This document shows, piece after piece, positions 52,880 to 62,932 of a stretch of DNA of 64,000 nucleotides (position 1 is its first letter; every line of letters begins with the position of its first letter). This DNA comes from Bacteroidales bacterium (GTDB lineage: Bacteria > Bacteroidota > Bacteroidia > Bacteroidales > UBA12077): the NCBI GenBank assembly GCA_003446015.1, contig DMBU01000091.1:9380-73379 (forward strand), given 5' to 3'. The position numbers and the translations under genes are program-made. Below the pieces are notes generated by a model that saw only the letters and a program-made list of their open reading frames with translations, had not been told where the DNA came from and searched no databases.

Positions 52880-53464
52880 TTAATTTATAGTCAATTCCTT
52901 AGCTCCTTTGCTCACAAGTTTACGTATAGATTTCTGCTTGCATTTCTCAGACTTCCCAACGATGGCATCTGAAACCAGATACATATCATAACCTATCTTT
53001 AATCCGCTTAATGTTGAAGTTTTAATACATTCATTAGCAACACGTCCAACAATTACAATTTGATTTATATTTTTATCTTTTAAAAATTTAATAAGTTCTT
53101 TAGAAGTAAAAATATCTCCTCCATGATCAATGAAATTATTTTCATTTACAATTTTCAATCTACCATCAAGATCCTTAACAATTTCTTCAACATAAATTTT
53201 CTTTAAAGTTAAATTCAAAACCTTATGCATTGCTTTTAAATAAACAACATTTTCAGGATCAACATCAGTAATTATTTGATTGATCTCTGCTATTTCATCA
53301 GAAGTAGATTTTTCTGATAGTTCATTTTTAGAATATGCATTTTGCATATGAACAACAATTACTATTTTATTGTCAAGCGAATTTGCTTCTCCTTGCGCAA
53401 CTGAATGAACTATAGGAAATAAGAAAACATCAATAAATCCGGCAATAACATAAATTGATCTCAT
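52880..53464 (-). CDS. Secreted isochorismatase/cysteine-hydrolase-family protein with a non-canonical triad
   Basis: Signal peptide. VIVVHMQNAY replaces the usual ..VIDMQN... The sequence IVIVGRVANECIKTSTLSGLKIGYDMYLVSDA retains the nucleophile Cys. Confidence 0.6.
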   Translation of the reverse strand: MRSIYVIAGFIDVFLFPIVHSVAQGEANSLDNKIVIVVHMQNAYSKNELSEKSTSDEIAEINQIITDVDPENVVYLKAMHKVLNLTLKKIYVEEIVKDLDGRLKIVNENNFIDHGGDIFTSKELIKFLKDKNINQIVIVGRVANECIKTSTLSGLKIGYDMYLVSDAIVGKSEKCKQKSIRKLVSKGAKELTIN

Positions 53465-53503
53465 AAATTTTGATTTAGTTAATAAAACCGAAAGTATGGA
53501 TTA

Positions 53504-53511
53504 CAAAATTA
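53504..53511 (-). promoter_or_regulatory. Candidate -7 box (TAATTTTG) for the isochorismatase-like gene
   Basis: The plus-strand sequence caaaatta lies 40 nt upstream of the start codon. Confidence 0.35.
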
Positions 53512-53590
53512 TTTTGCTAATTGTTTAAGTAGATTTAGTTTTTGTTAACTTATTTAAACATTTTACAAAAGTTGCTAAAGTTAATAATTA

Positions 53591-53631
53591 AAAAACCGCT
53601 ACAAACCATATTTAATGGGATGTAACGGTTT
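53591..53631 (-). terminator. Intrinsic terminator downstream of dcp
   Basis: On the minus strand the stem is aaccgttaca/tgtagcggtt with one mismatch, followed by TTTTT. Confidence 0.6.
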
Positions 53632-53656
53632 ATAAAACTAATATAAGGGTTTATTT

Positions 53657-55750
53657 CTATTGTATTCCCAGGCTCTTTAATAAAGCATCAATTTGAGGTT
53701 CACGTCCGCGGAAAGCAACATACATTTCCATTGCATCTTTTATACCATTGTTTGCAAGTACGTTTTCTCTAAACGATTTTGCAGTTGCCTGATCGAAAAG
53801 ACTCGTTTCCTTAAATGCATCAAAGGCATCGTTATCAAGCACACTTGCCCATGTATACGAATAATATCCTGCATCGTATCCACCCATTATATGTCTGAAG
53901 TATGTGGGTCTGTAACGTGAATAAATCTCTGGTATCAATCCAATTTCATTCATATATTCTTTTTCAACCTTCATTACGTCTAAATTGGCATCTTCTTCTG
54001 TCATCATATGAAATTTCATATCAAGCAATGATGCTGCAAGAACTTCTGTTAAAGCAAATCCTTGATTAAAGTTTGCACTTGCTTTTAATTTTTCAATTAG
54101 CTCGTCAGGAATTATTTCACCTGTTTCGTAATGTTTAGCATACATTTTTAATACTTCTGGCTCAAAAGCCCAATGCTCGTTAATCTGAGATGGTAACTCC
54201 ACAAAATCCCATGCAATATAACCTGCATTATAAGATGTTTCTGAAAATAATCCGTCTAATGCATGACCAAACTCATGGAACATAGTTTCAACTTCATCGA
54301 TACTTAATAAAGCAGGTTTATCATCTGTTGGTCTTGTAACATTAAGCACATTATTTACAAGGGGAGCAACTTCTTTACCTTCTTTATCGAAATGATGCTC
54401 TCTGTAAGATCCGCACCAGGCACCACCTCTTTTACTTGCTCTAGGATGCATATCCATAAAGAATAATGCTAAATGAGAACCATCAGCTTCTTTAACCTCA
54501 TAAACAGTTGTTTCCGGATGTGGTACAGGAATTCCTTCAATTGGAGTAAAAGTAATTCCGTACAGCTTATTGGCAACCATAAAAATACCTTTGCGCACAT
54601 TTTCAAGTTCAAAATATGGTCTAACTTCACTTTCGTCTAAATCATATTTTTCTTTACGAAGTTTTTCTGTGTAATAAAACCAATCTTGTGGTTCTAACTT
54701 AAAATTAGCTCCTTCTTTATCAATCATTGATTGCAATGCAGCTCTTTCTTCTTTTACTTTTGGTAAGATTCCATCCCATAACTGATTTAACAAATTAAAA
54801 ACTCTTTCAGGATTTTGAGCCATTCGGTTTTCAGTTTTATATGCTGCATGATTTTCGTATCCCAGAAGCTTCGCTCTTTTTACTCTTAAGTTTAAAATCT
54901 TCTTAAGAATTTCTTTGTTATCATATTCATCACCATGATTACCTTGATTTACATATGCATCATATATTTCCTTTCTTAATTCGCGATTATCAGCATATTG
55001 TAAGAAAGGTATCATACTTGGGTTTTGTATGGTAAATACCCAACCTTCAATACTATCTGAAGCAGCAGTTTCGGCGGCAGCCTGAATTGATGATTCTGGA
55101 AGCCCTGATAAATCTTCTTTATTTGTAATAACTAATTTGAAATTATTTACTTCAGCTAATACATTCTGACTAAAATGTAAAGTTAAACTTGACAATTCCT
55201 GATTAATACCTTTTAAAATCTCCTTTTTATCTTCAGGCAAAGCAGCTCCACTTCTAAGAAATGATTTATAGTCATTTTCCAACAGAAAAATCTGTTCTGC
55301 GGTTAAATTGTATTTATCTTTATTTTCATAAACAACTTTAATTCTTTCAAAGAACCTTGGATCTAAGCCAATTTCATCTCCATGTGCAGATAATTTAGGA
55401 TAGATTTCCTGAGCTAATGCTTGCAGTTCATCACTTATGTTAACGCTATTAAACTCTCCAAATACACCAGCAACTCTCCCTAATAATTCCCCTGCATAAT
55501 AAGATGCTTCTACAGTGTTCTCGTATGTGGGTGCTTCCGGATTACTTAAAATTACTTCCATTTCAGCTTTATGCTGTTTCATTGCCTCTTCAAAAGCTGG
55601 AGTAAAATGTTCTAATTTCACTTGTTCAAAAGGTGGTACCTTAAATGGAGTGTTCCATTCAGTTAATAAAGGATTGTCATTGCTAGCTTGCTTAGAGCAA
55701 GATCCCAACATCAGTAATATACCCGTTACAATTAATAGTAGTTTTTTCAT
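53657..55750 (-). CDS. dcp: M3-family peptidyl-dipeptidase (Dcp-like) lipoprotein
   Basis: 697 aa with the zinc motif HEFGHALD and a downstream E. Lipobox LGSCS. Confidence 0.85.
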   Translation of the reverse strand: MKKLLLIVTGILLMLGSCSKQASNDNPLLTEWNTPFKVPPFEQVKLEHFTPAFEEAMKQHKAEMEVILSNPEAPTYENTVEASYYAGELLGRVAGVFGEFNSVNISDELQALAQEIYPKLSAHGDEIGLDPRFFERIKVVYENKDKYNLTAEQIFLLENDYKSFLRSGAALPEDKKEILKGINQELSSLTLHFSQNVLAEVNNFKLVITNKEDLSGLPESSIQAAAETAASDSIEGWVFTIQNPSMIPFLQYADNRELRKEIYDAYVNQGNHGDEYDNKEILKKILNLRVKRAKLLGYENHAAYKTENRMAQNPERVFNLLNQLWDGILPKVKEERAALQSMIDKEGANFKLEPQDWFYYTEKLRKEKYDLDESEVRPYFELENVRKGIFMVANKLYGITFTPIEGIPVPHPETTVYEVKEADGSHLALFFMDMHPRASKRGGAWCGSYREHHFDKEGKEVAPLVNNVLNVTRPTDDKPALLSIDEVETMFHEFGHALDGLFSETSYNAGYIAWDFVELPSQINEHWAFEPEVLKMYAKHYETGEIIPDELIEKLKASANFNQGFALTEVLAASLLDMKFHMMTEEDANLDVMKVEKEYMNEIGLIPEIYSRYRPTYFRHIMGGYDAGYYSYTWASVLDNDAFDAFKETSLFDQATAKSFRENVLANNGIKDAMEMYVAFRGREPQIDALLKSLGIQ

Positions 55751-55840
55751 CCTGTTTCTATTTAATGATTAATATTTTAAAAAGTTTAAATTTAACAATT
55801 AGATTAGTTTACTAAAATAAAGTTTAAAAATATTAGATAT

Positions 55841-55867
55841 AAAAAAACCTTACTAAATCTAGTAAGG
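55841..55867 (-). terminator. Intrinsic terminator downstream of the cold-shock gene
   Basis: Stem ccttacta/tagtaagg followed on the minus strand by T7. Confidence 0.7.
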
Positions 55868-55901
55868 CTTCAAGCATAAATGAGTATTAAATATCTTTAG
55901 A

Positions 55902-56093
55902 CTAAGCTAATTTCACATTTACTGCATTTAATCCTTTTTTACCTTCTTGTAATTCGAAAGTAACTTCATCATTTTCATTGATTTCATCAATTAAACCAGA
56001 TACGTGTACAAAGTACTCTTTTTCTGTTTCTGTGTCTTTAATGAATCCATAACCTTTTGATTCATTAAAAAATTTTACTGTTCCTTTATTCAT
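55902..56093 (-). CDS. Cold-shock protein (CspA family)
   Basis: 63 aa with the RNP motifs KGYGFI and FVHVS. Confidence 0.9.
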   Translation of the reverse strand: MNKGTVKFFNESKGYGFIKDTETEKEYFVHVSGLIDEINENDEVTFELQEGKKGLNAVNVKLA

Positions 56094-56183
56094 AATATAA
56101 ATTTAAAATATTTGATACGAAGATAAACATATATTTTAATATGACTTTAAAAAAATCTTAAAAAAATAACATTTTTTACTGAT

Positions 56184-57359
56184 TTATGCCAGTTTAATAT
56201 TGATATGAGGTATAACAATTGGGATGTTAATTTGTTCAGGAACAAAATGTTGACCAAGGAAATTTCTTAAATACTCCAAATACTTCATTTTATAATAATC
56301 AACTTTCAATTCCATGATAACCTGAGATACCGATTGGATTTTCGTTGCTAAGTAAGCTTTTGATCCGGCAAATGCAAAACCTTTATCCATATTTCCCGTT
56401 GCAGCATTATGCAATGCCTGGGCAATACAATATGGGACATTCTTTGAGTCGCAAGATTTCAGACATTTCCAGTAACATTTAAATGGTTCTGTTTCACCTG
56501 AATTAATTTTTTCTACGAAACTGTTTTTTATAGCTCTTCCAGGTAATCCTACAGGGCTTTTAATAATTGTGATATCCTCTTTTTTACAATTTACGTAAGT
56601 TTCTTTAAATTTCAGTGATGCATCGCATTCATGAGTAGTCACAAATCGAGATCCCATTTTTACTCCTTTTGCACCTTTTTGCATTATCTCATACATATCA
56701 CGACCTGTATAAATTCCACCACCAGCGATAACAGGAATTTCTTTCCCAAATTCTTTTTCAAAGTAGCTTATTTCATTAACCGTTTCTTCAACAATATCTG
56801 CTAAAGGAGTAAGTTCTCCTTGCAAATCATCGGGTTTAAATCCAAGGTGTCCTCCTGCCATTGGTCCCTCAACAATTACTGCGTCCGGTACAAAATTAAA
56901 ATTTTTAGCCCAATATGAGAAAATCACTTTTGCTGCTTTTGCCGAAGATACCTTTGGTATAAATTTAGTATGTATATTTTCAAAACCTTTTTCAATAACA
57001 TATTGAGGCAGTTTCAAAGGTAATCCCGCTCCTAAAATAATAACATCAATCTTTTCTTCAAGTGCAACTGTAAATAACTCTTCATAATCGGTTACTGCAA
57101 CCATTAAATTTACTCCCAGAACACCATCAGTCAGACTTCTGGCTTTACGAATCTCTTTTCGTAGAGCTCTTTTATTAGCTTCACGATAATTTTTCATATA
57201 ATCAGGTTCAGTCATTCCTATAGCAACTGCTGAAATAACACCAATTCCACCTGCATTTGCAACTGCCGATGCTAAGCCTGATAATGATATCGCAACTCCC
57301 ATGCCCCCTTGAATAATTGGCAAGTTAACTTTTAAATTTCCGATCTGTAATGGATTCAT
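56184..57359 (-). CDS. Nitronate monooxygenase-family (NMO / FabK-like) flavin oxidoreductase
   Basis: PIIQGGMG..S...LA.AV.NAGG.G, EGP.AGGH.G and IAGGGI. It has a C-terminal extension of about 60 aa. Confidence 0.75.
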   Translation of the reverse strand: MNPLQIGNLKVNLPIIQGGMGVAISLSGLASAVANAGGIGVISAVAIGMTEPDYMKNYREANKRALRKEIRKARSLTDGVLGVNLMVAVTDYEELFTVALEEKIDVIILGAGLPLKLPQYVIEKGFENIHTKFIPKVSSAKAAKVIFSYWAKNFNFVPDAVIVEGPMAGGHLGFKPDDLQGELTPLADIVEETVNEISYFEKEFGKEIPVIAGGGIYTGRDMYEIMQKGAKGVKMGSRFVTTHECDASLKFKETYVNCKKEDITIIKSPVGLPGRAIKNSFVEKINSGETEPFKCYWKCLKSCDSKNVPYCIAQALHNAATGNMDKGFAFAGSKAYLATKIQSVSQVIMELKVDYYKMKYLEYLRNFLGQHFVPEQINIPIVIPHINIKLA

Positions 57360-57385
57360 ATCTTTATTATTATTTTATAATTTTA

Positions 57386-57393
57386 CAAAAGTA
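57386..57393 (-). promoter_or_regulatory. Candidate -7 box (TACTTTTG) for the NMO-family gene
   Basis: The plus-strand sequence caaaagta lies 27 nt upstream of the start codon. Confidence 0.4.
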
Positions 57394-57513
57394 CATGCAA
57401 ACCTGACTAATATGAAATAATAGGGTTAAACACCGAAAGAAAGGTTTAAAATAACTTGTTTAGGGATGAAGATTCTTAATTCAGGGGTGAAAAGATTAGC
57501 TTTAGGATGTGAA

Positions 57514-58350
57514 TTAAATAAGTTCTTTCAGTTTATAAACGAAATTTTTAGAAACAGGGATGGTGAAATCTAAATTTTCAAAGAACAATTTATAACCTTG
57601 AACATTTCCTTCAATCTTATCGATATATTTGATGTTCACCATATATGACCGATGACATTTGAAGATAAACTTATGCTCTTTTAATAGTTCTTCGGCTTTG
57701 AGCAGACTTGTCCTGATCATTTGACTTTTATATTTTCCTCCCTCTTTCCAAAAAACTTCAATATAATTGTTTGCGGCTCGAATTAATAAAAGCAAACTTA
57801 CTTTTATGGAAAGATTGTCTTTTACATAATCTGATTGAAAATGAACCAATTTCTCTTCTATAGATTTATTTTCTTTTAGTTTTTTGTTTATGCCTTCCGA
57901 AAATCTTAGATTGGTTCTCAACATGCGGTTACGGTTCACAATAATCAGTCCTGTTATTGGGATAATTGCTATTATAATTAATCCAAGGATCATTCTGAAG
58001 TCGACATCAAATATTCCCAGTAGCCTGTAATATAAATAATATCCTACCGAAATGGTCGATAAAATCCATAAATTCCATAATATTTCCTTCTTTATATTCC
58101 AAATTCGTTTTATAAAAATGCCAGGAAATAAACTTGGAAGAATTAATAAGTTTAAACTTAGCGAAAGAAATGTGACAGCCCCTAAACCGAGAACTACATA
58201 TAGTTTCTGCTCATTATCCATTAAACTAACATCTAAGGGCTGAAATAAATATAGAAAAACCAGAACTCCAATACTTATAAAAAATATTAGCTTGCTATTA
58301 TATTTCAAGTCGTCGTTAAAAGGATATGGCTTATTTAAAAAGTTAAACAT
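57514..58350 (-). CDS. Membrane-anchored LytTR-domain DNA-binding protein (no receiver domain)
   Basis: Four N-terminal TM helices. The C-terminal LytTR pattern is I.A..NYIEVF......Y....R.SL...E..L.....F.KCHRSY.VN..YI.KI. Confidence 0.75.
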   Translation of the reverse strand: MFNFLNKPYPFNDDLKYNSKLIFFISIGVLVFLYLFQPLDVSLMDNEQKLYVVLGLGAVTFLSLSLNLLILPSLFPGIFIKRIWNIKKEILWNLWILSTISVGYYLYYRLLGIFDVDFRMILGLIIIAIIPITGLIIVNRNRMLRTNLRFSEGINKKLKENKSIEEKLVHFQSDYVKDNLSIKVSLLLLIRAANNYIEVFWKEGGKYKSQMIRTSLLKAEELLKEHKFIFKCHRSYMVNIKYIDKIEGNVQGYKLFFENLDFTIPVSKNFVYKLKELI

Positions 58351-58382
58351 TATCTATTTTTATATGTGAATTTACTTCGGAT

Positions 58383-58390
58383 CAAAAGTA
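58383..58390 (-). promoter_or_regulatory. Candidate -7 box (TACTTTTG) for the LytTR gene
   Basis: The plus-strand sequence caaaagta lies 33 nt upstream of the start codon. Confidence 0.4.
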
Positions 58391-58441
58391 TATTAATTTT
58401 TAAATCTTTACTTAATATAATTATGTTTCAATGTAAATTTC

Positions 58442-59050
58442 TTAACTAAAAGTACCGATATAGTTTGCAATTCCATCAAATACAAGTTGTAAACCAATTG
58501 TTGCGACAATAAGTCCGGTTATTCTTATTAGAGCATTCATTACATTTAGTCGATTCAGAAACCTCCCTATTTGTTTAGCAAATAACATTAATATTAAATT
58601 TAAAGCCAGTGCTATAACAATAGTTATAATTGTATTAGCTTTTCCGTAATGCGAGGGGAATGTTACTGCTGCTGTAATTGTTGCAGGACCCGCAATCATT
58701 GGCATTGCAATAGGTACAGTTAAAATGTCATCAATTTTTATGTTTTTTTCAATTTTCAAAAATGCTCCTTTTTGCAAACCATCAATACCATTATAAAATA
58801 AAATAACTCCACAAGCAACTTTAAATGCATATAACTGAATATGAAAGACATAATTAAATATCAACTCGCCAAGAAACAAAAAAAGTATTAATATTAACAT
58901 CGCAGTAAAAGATGATTTAAAGGATAAATATCTTAACTGCTTATCATTAAACTGATCTTGCAATGAGGTAATTACTAGAATTTTATGAATTGGATTTACC
59001 AATGCAAAAAATGCAACCAAACAACTTGTTAATAATTTTATTTCGCTCAT
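58442..59050 (-). CDS. MarC-family (UPF0056) integral membrane protein
   Basis: 202 aa with six TM helices. The segment PIAMPMIAGPATIT is typical of the MarC family. Confidence 0.8.
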   Translation of the reverse strand: MSEIKLLTSCLVAFFALVNPIHKILVITSLQDQFNDKQLRYLSFKSSFTAMLILILFLFLGELIFNYVFHIQLYAFKVACGVILFYNGIDGLQKGAFLKIEKNIKIDDILTVPIAMPMIAGPATITAAVTFPSHYGKANTIITIVIALALNLILMLFAKQIGRFLNRLNVMNALIRITGLIVATIGLQLVFDGIANYIGTFS

Positions 59051-59081
59051 TAATCCATTAAATTAAAAAACTTTAATTTTT

Positions 59082-59762
59082 CTAATTTTTATTCAATGAG
59101 ATAAAATAATCCCAAAGTGAATCAGTAGGAGGATTGGCAATGATTTCAACGTTTTCCTTTTTTACAGGATGTATAAATTCTATTTTTCGCGAGTGTAAAC
59201 TTATTCCTCCATCCGGATTAGATCTTGGGAATCCATACTTAAGGTCCCCTTTTATGGCACATCCTATTTTTGCAAGCTGACATCTTATTTGATGATGTCG
59301 ACCGGTATGCAAATCAACCTCTAATAAATAATAATTATCCGCCGAAGCGATTAATTTATAGGTTAAACTTGCCAGTTTAGAATCTTTAGTTTCTTTATCA
59401 TGTGCAAAAGATTTATTCTTTTTTTGATCGCGAACAATGAAATGATTTAGTGTATCTGATTCTTTTGGAGGTTTTTCTTTTACAATTGCCCAATATGTTT
59501 TTTTAATTTCTTTGTTAAGAAACATTTCATTTAACCGCGTTAAAGCTTTACTTGTTCGGGCAAATAATAACGCCCCGCTAACCGGCCGATCCAATCGATG
59601 TGTAACTCCCAAAAATACGGCCCCTGGTTTACTGTATTTATTTTTGATATAAGACTTAACTTTTTCAGATAAAGGTTCATCTCCCGTCTTATCGCCTTGA
59701 ACTATATCGGAGATATTCTTATTAACACCTATAATATGATTATCCTCGTATAATATTTCCAT
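59082..59762 (-). CDS. RluA-family RNA pseudouridine synthase
   Basis: Catalytic motif HRLDRPVSG, followed downstream by TGR.HQIR. Confidence 0.85.
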   Translation of the reverse strand: MEILYEDNHIIGVNKNISDIVQGDKTGDEPLSEKVKSYIKNKYSKPGAVFLGVTHRLDRPVSGALLFARTSKALTRLNEMFLNKEIKKTYWAIVKEKPPKESDTLNHFIVRDQKKNKSFAHDKETKDSKLASLTYKLIASADNYYLLEVDLHTGRHHQIRCQLAKIGCAIKGDLKYGFPRSNPDGGISLHSRKIEFIHPVKKENVEIIANPPTDSLWDYFISLNKN

Positions 59763-59814
59763 TTGTAATTGCCTTAATAATTATTGCAAATATTGATAAA
59801 CTTTTAACCAATTT

Positions 59815-60636
59815 TTAATACTGTTCCTTTTCGTTTGGGAAATCTCTGGTTTTAACATCATTAATAAATGATTTTACCGAACCTTTAATTTCCTCAAATA
59901 AATTATGATATCTTCGAAGGAAACGTGGAGAAAATTCCTGAGTTATACCTAACAAATCATGAATAACCAACACCTGACCATCAACTCCACCACCTGCACC
60001 TATTCCAATGATAGGAATAATAAGCTCTTTTGCAACTCTTTCTGCTAATTTGGCCGGGATTTTTTCAAGAACAATTGCAAAACACCCGGCTTCTTGTAGT
60101 TTATGAGCATCTTCAATTAACTTTTGGGCTTCCTCTTCTTCCCTCGCTCTAACTACATAGGTTCCAAATTTATGTATGGATTGTGGTGTTAAACCCAAAT
60201 GTCCCATAACGGGTATACCTGCAGATAATATTCTTTGAACAGATTCAATAATTTCCTGTCCTCCTTCAATTTTAACAGCATGTCCTCCGGTTTCTTTCAT
60301 CATTCGAATGGCATTTGTTAATGCCTCTTTTGAATTACCCTGATATGAACCAAAAGGCAGATCAACAACAACTAAAGCTCTGCTTACTCCACGTACTACC
60401 GACTTAGCATGATAAATCATCTCATCCATGGTAATGGGTAAGGTTGTTTCATTACCTGCCATAACATTCGAAGCCGAATCACCAACTAAAATAACATCAA
60501 TTTCAGCCTGATCAAGTATTCGGGCTGTTGAGTAATCATAAGCTGTTAACATTGCTATTTTCTCATTTCTAAGTTTCATCTCATGCAATACATGAGTTGT
60601 AACACGCTTAATTTTTTGATGAACTGACATAATCAA
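59815..60636 (-). CDS. panB: 3-methyl-2-oxobutanoate hydroxymethyltransferase
   Basis: Motifs [22 protein letters not shown] and [10 protein letters not shown]. Confidence 0.9.
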   Translation of the reverse strand: MIMSVHQKIKRVTTHVLHEMKLRNEKIAMLTAYDYSTARILDQAEIDVILVGDSASNVMAGNETTLPITMDEMIYHAKSVVRGVSRALVVVDLPFGSYQGNSKEALTNAIRMMKETGGHAVKIEGGQEIIESVQRILSAGIPVMGHLGLTPQSIHKFGTYVVRAREEEEAQKLIEDAHKLQEAGCFAIVLEKIPAKLAERVAKELIIPIIGIGAGGGVDGQVLVIHDLLGITQEFSPRFLRRYHNLFEEIKGSVKSFINDVKTRDFPNEKEQY

Positions 60637-60656
60637 TTTGTATTTATTTCAGTTAA

Positions 60657-60664
60657 CAAAGCTA
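60657..60664 (-). promoter_or_regulatory. Candidate -7 box (TAGCTTTG) for panB
   Basis: The plus-strand sequence caaagcta lies 21 nt upstream of the start codon. Confidence 0.4.
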
Positions 60665-60906
60665 CGAATAATACAATTCAGTTGCGTATTATTTTTAATT
60701 GAAACATCTATCAATTATAACATAAAACCTGACACAATGTCTTTTTGTCACATAACCTGACGAATTATTACCTATAAAAGATCTTTTAAATGTCAGATTT
60801 GCATTAATGCCTAACTATTTTTTAATGGCATAATGATTGTTTAAATGTTAATCGCAAACAAATTTTGAAAATAATAAAACGTAAATAACATTAAACATAT
60901 AAGACA

Positions 60907-62820
60907 ATGAGTAAAATAATTGGTATAGACTTAGGAACAACAAATTCATGTGTTTCAGTGATGGAAGGTAACGAACCTGTTGTTATTCCAAATAGCGAAG
61001 GAAAACGAACTACTCCATCGATTGTTGCTTTTATAGAAAATGGAGAACGTAAAGTTGGCGATCCTGCAAAACGACAGGCTATAACTAACTCAACAAAAAC
61101 CATTTCTTCCATTAAAAGATTTATGGGAGAAACATTTGATAAAATGAGTAAGGAAATTAACCGTGTATCATATAAAGTTGTTAAGGGAGAAAACAATACA
61201 CCAAGAGTACAGATTGATGACAGACAGTATTCTCCTCAAGAAATTTCTGCTATGATTCTTCAAAAAATGAAGAAAACTGCCGAAGATTATCTTGGACAAG
61301 AAGTAACGGAAGCAGTAATTACTGTTCCTGCTTATTTTAGTGATTCACAACGACAAGCTACAAAAGAAGCAGGCGAAATAGCAGGACTTACAGTTAAACG
61401 TATTATTAACGAACCAACAGCTGCGTCATTAGCTTATGGCTTAGATAAAAAGGACAAAGAAATAACTGTTGCAGTATTCGATTTAGGTGGCGGAACTTTT
61501 GATATTTCTGTTCTTGAGTTAGGAGAAGGTGTTTTTGAAGTAAAATCGACAAATGGTGACACGCATTTAGGTGGCGACGACTTTGACGAAGTGATTATTA
61601 ATTGGTTAGCTGAAGAGTTTTTAAAAGACGAAGGCATTGATTTAAGAAAAGATCCGATGGCTCTTCAAAGACTAAAAGAAGCCTCAGAAAAAGCTAAAAT
61701 TGAATTATCAAGTTCAACCAGCACTGAAATTAACTTACCTTATATCATGCCAGTTGATGGTGTTCCAAAACACCTGGTTAAATCTTTATCAAGAGCAAAA
61801 TTCGAACAATTAGCCGATAAATTAATTCAAGCAACTCTTGAGCCATGTAAAAAAGCATTGAAAGATGCTAATATGACTCCGTCAGACATAGATGAGGTAA
61901 TCCTTGTTGGAGGATCTACTCGAATGCCTGCAATTCAAGAGGTTGTTGAGAAATTTTTTGGAAAGAAACCATCAAAAGGAGTTAATCCTGACGAGGTTGT
62001 TGCAATTGGAGCAGCAATACAAGGTGGCGTTTTAACCGGTGATGTTAAAGATGTATTATTACTTGACGTAACTCCTCTTTCTTTAGGTATCGAAACAATG
62101 GGTGGTGTATTTACAAAGCTAATCGATGCAAATACAACAATCCCTACTAAAAAAGCTGAGACATTTACAACAGCAGCAGACAATCAGCCATCTGTGGAGA
62201 TTCATGTATTACAAGGTGAACGACCTATGGCAAAAGACAATAAAACAATTGGACGTTTCCATTTGGATGGTCTTCCACCAGCACCACGAGGTGTACCTCA
62301 GGTTGAAGTTGCTTTTGATATTGATGCTAATGGTATTATTCATGTTACAGCTAAAGATAAAGCTACAAATAAAGAGCAAAGTATACGTATAGAATCATCA
62401 TCAGGACTAACAGATGATGAAATTAAAAGAATGCGTGATGAAGCGAAGGCTAACGAAGAAGCTGACAAACAAGTTCGTGAAAAAGTTGATAAATTAAATA
62501 CTGCTGATAGTTTAATTTTCTCAACGGAAAAACAACTTAAAGAGTTTGGAGACAAATTATCTTCAGATAAAAAGGCAAACATTGAAAAAGCGTTGGCCGA
62601 TTTAAAAGAATCTCATAAAAAAGAAGACTTGTCTGATTTAGATGCTAAAACTGAAGTATTAAATAATGCATGGAAAGAAGCTTCAGAAGAAATGTATAAA
62701 GCTAGTCAGCAAGCTGGAGCACAACCTGGTCCTGAAGGAGCACAAAATGCAGGCCAGCAAGAATCTTCAGGTAAAGATGATGGTGAAGTAACAGATGTAG
62801 ACTTCGAAGAAGTAAAATAG
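60907..62820 (+). CDS. dnaK: Molecular chaperone DnaK (Hsp70)
   Basis: Motifs [18 protein letters not shown] and [11 protein letters not shown]. 637 aa. Confidence 0.95.
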   Translation: MSKIIGIDLGTTNSCVSVMEGNEPVVIPNSEGKRTTPSIVAFIENGERKVGDPAKRQAITNSTKTISSIKRFMGETFDKMSKEINRVSYKVVKGENNTPRVQIDDRQYSPQEISAMILQKMKKTAEDYLGQEVTEAVITVPAYFSDSQRQATKEAGEIAGLTVKRIINEPTAASLAYGLDKKDKEITVAVFDLGGGTFDISVLELGEGVFEVKSTNGDTHLGGDDFDEVIINWLAEEFLKDEGIDLRKDPMALQRLKEASEKAKIELSSSTSTEINLPYIMPVDGVPKHLVKSLSRAKFEQLADKLIQATLEPCKKALKDANMTPSDIDEVILVGGSTRMPAIQEVVEKFFGKKPSKGVNPDEVVAIGAAIQGGVLTGDVKDVLLLDVTPLSLGIETMGGVFTKLIDANTTIPTKKAETFTTAADNQPSVEIHVLQGERPMAKDNKTIGRFHLDGLPPAPRGVPQVEVAFDIDANGIIHVTAKDKATNKEQSIRIESSSGLTDDEIKRMRDEAKANEEADKQVREKVDKLNTADSLIFSTEKQLKEFGDKLSSDKKANIEKALADLKESHKKEDLSDLDAKTEVLNNAWKEASEEMYKASQQAGAQPGPEGAQNAGQQESSGKDDGEVTDVDFEEVK

Positions 62821-62843
62821 CATAACTCTATTTTAAATTAAAA

Positions 62844-62872
62844 GGGGTTCTCTTTGGAGAACCCTTTTTTTA
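62844..62872 (+). terminator. Intrinsic terminator after dnaK
   Basis: Stem gggttctc/gagaaccc followed by T7. Confidence 0.75.
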
Positions 62873-62908
62873 TGTTTTCGCTTAACCTTAAAAGTGAATT
62901 ATTCTTTT

Positions 62909-62916
62909 TACTTTTG
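62909..62916 (+). promoter_or_regulatory. Candidate -7 box (TACTTTTG) for the MORN-repeat gene
   Basis: Exact TAnnTTTG match 17 nt upstream of the ATG at 62933. It lies inside the longer GTG-initiated ORF, which argues against that start. Confidence 0.45.
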
Positions 62917-62932
62917 TAAAAAACCATGCATT

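Noticed and set aside
60637-60906. CIRCE/HrcA operator upstream of dnaK
   Set aside because: No TTAGCACTC-N9-GAGTGCTAA-like inverted repeat is present.
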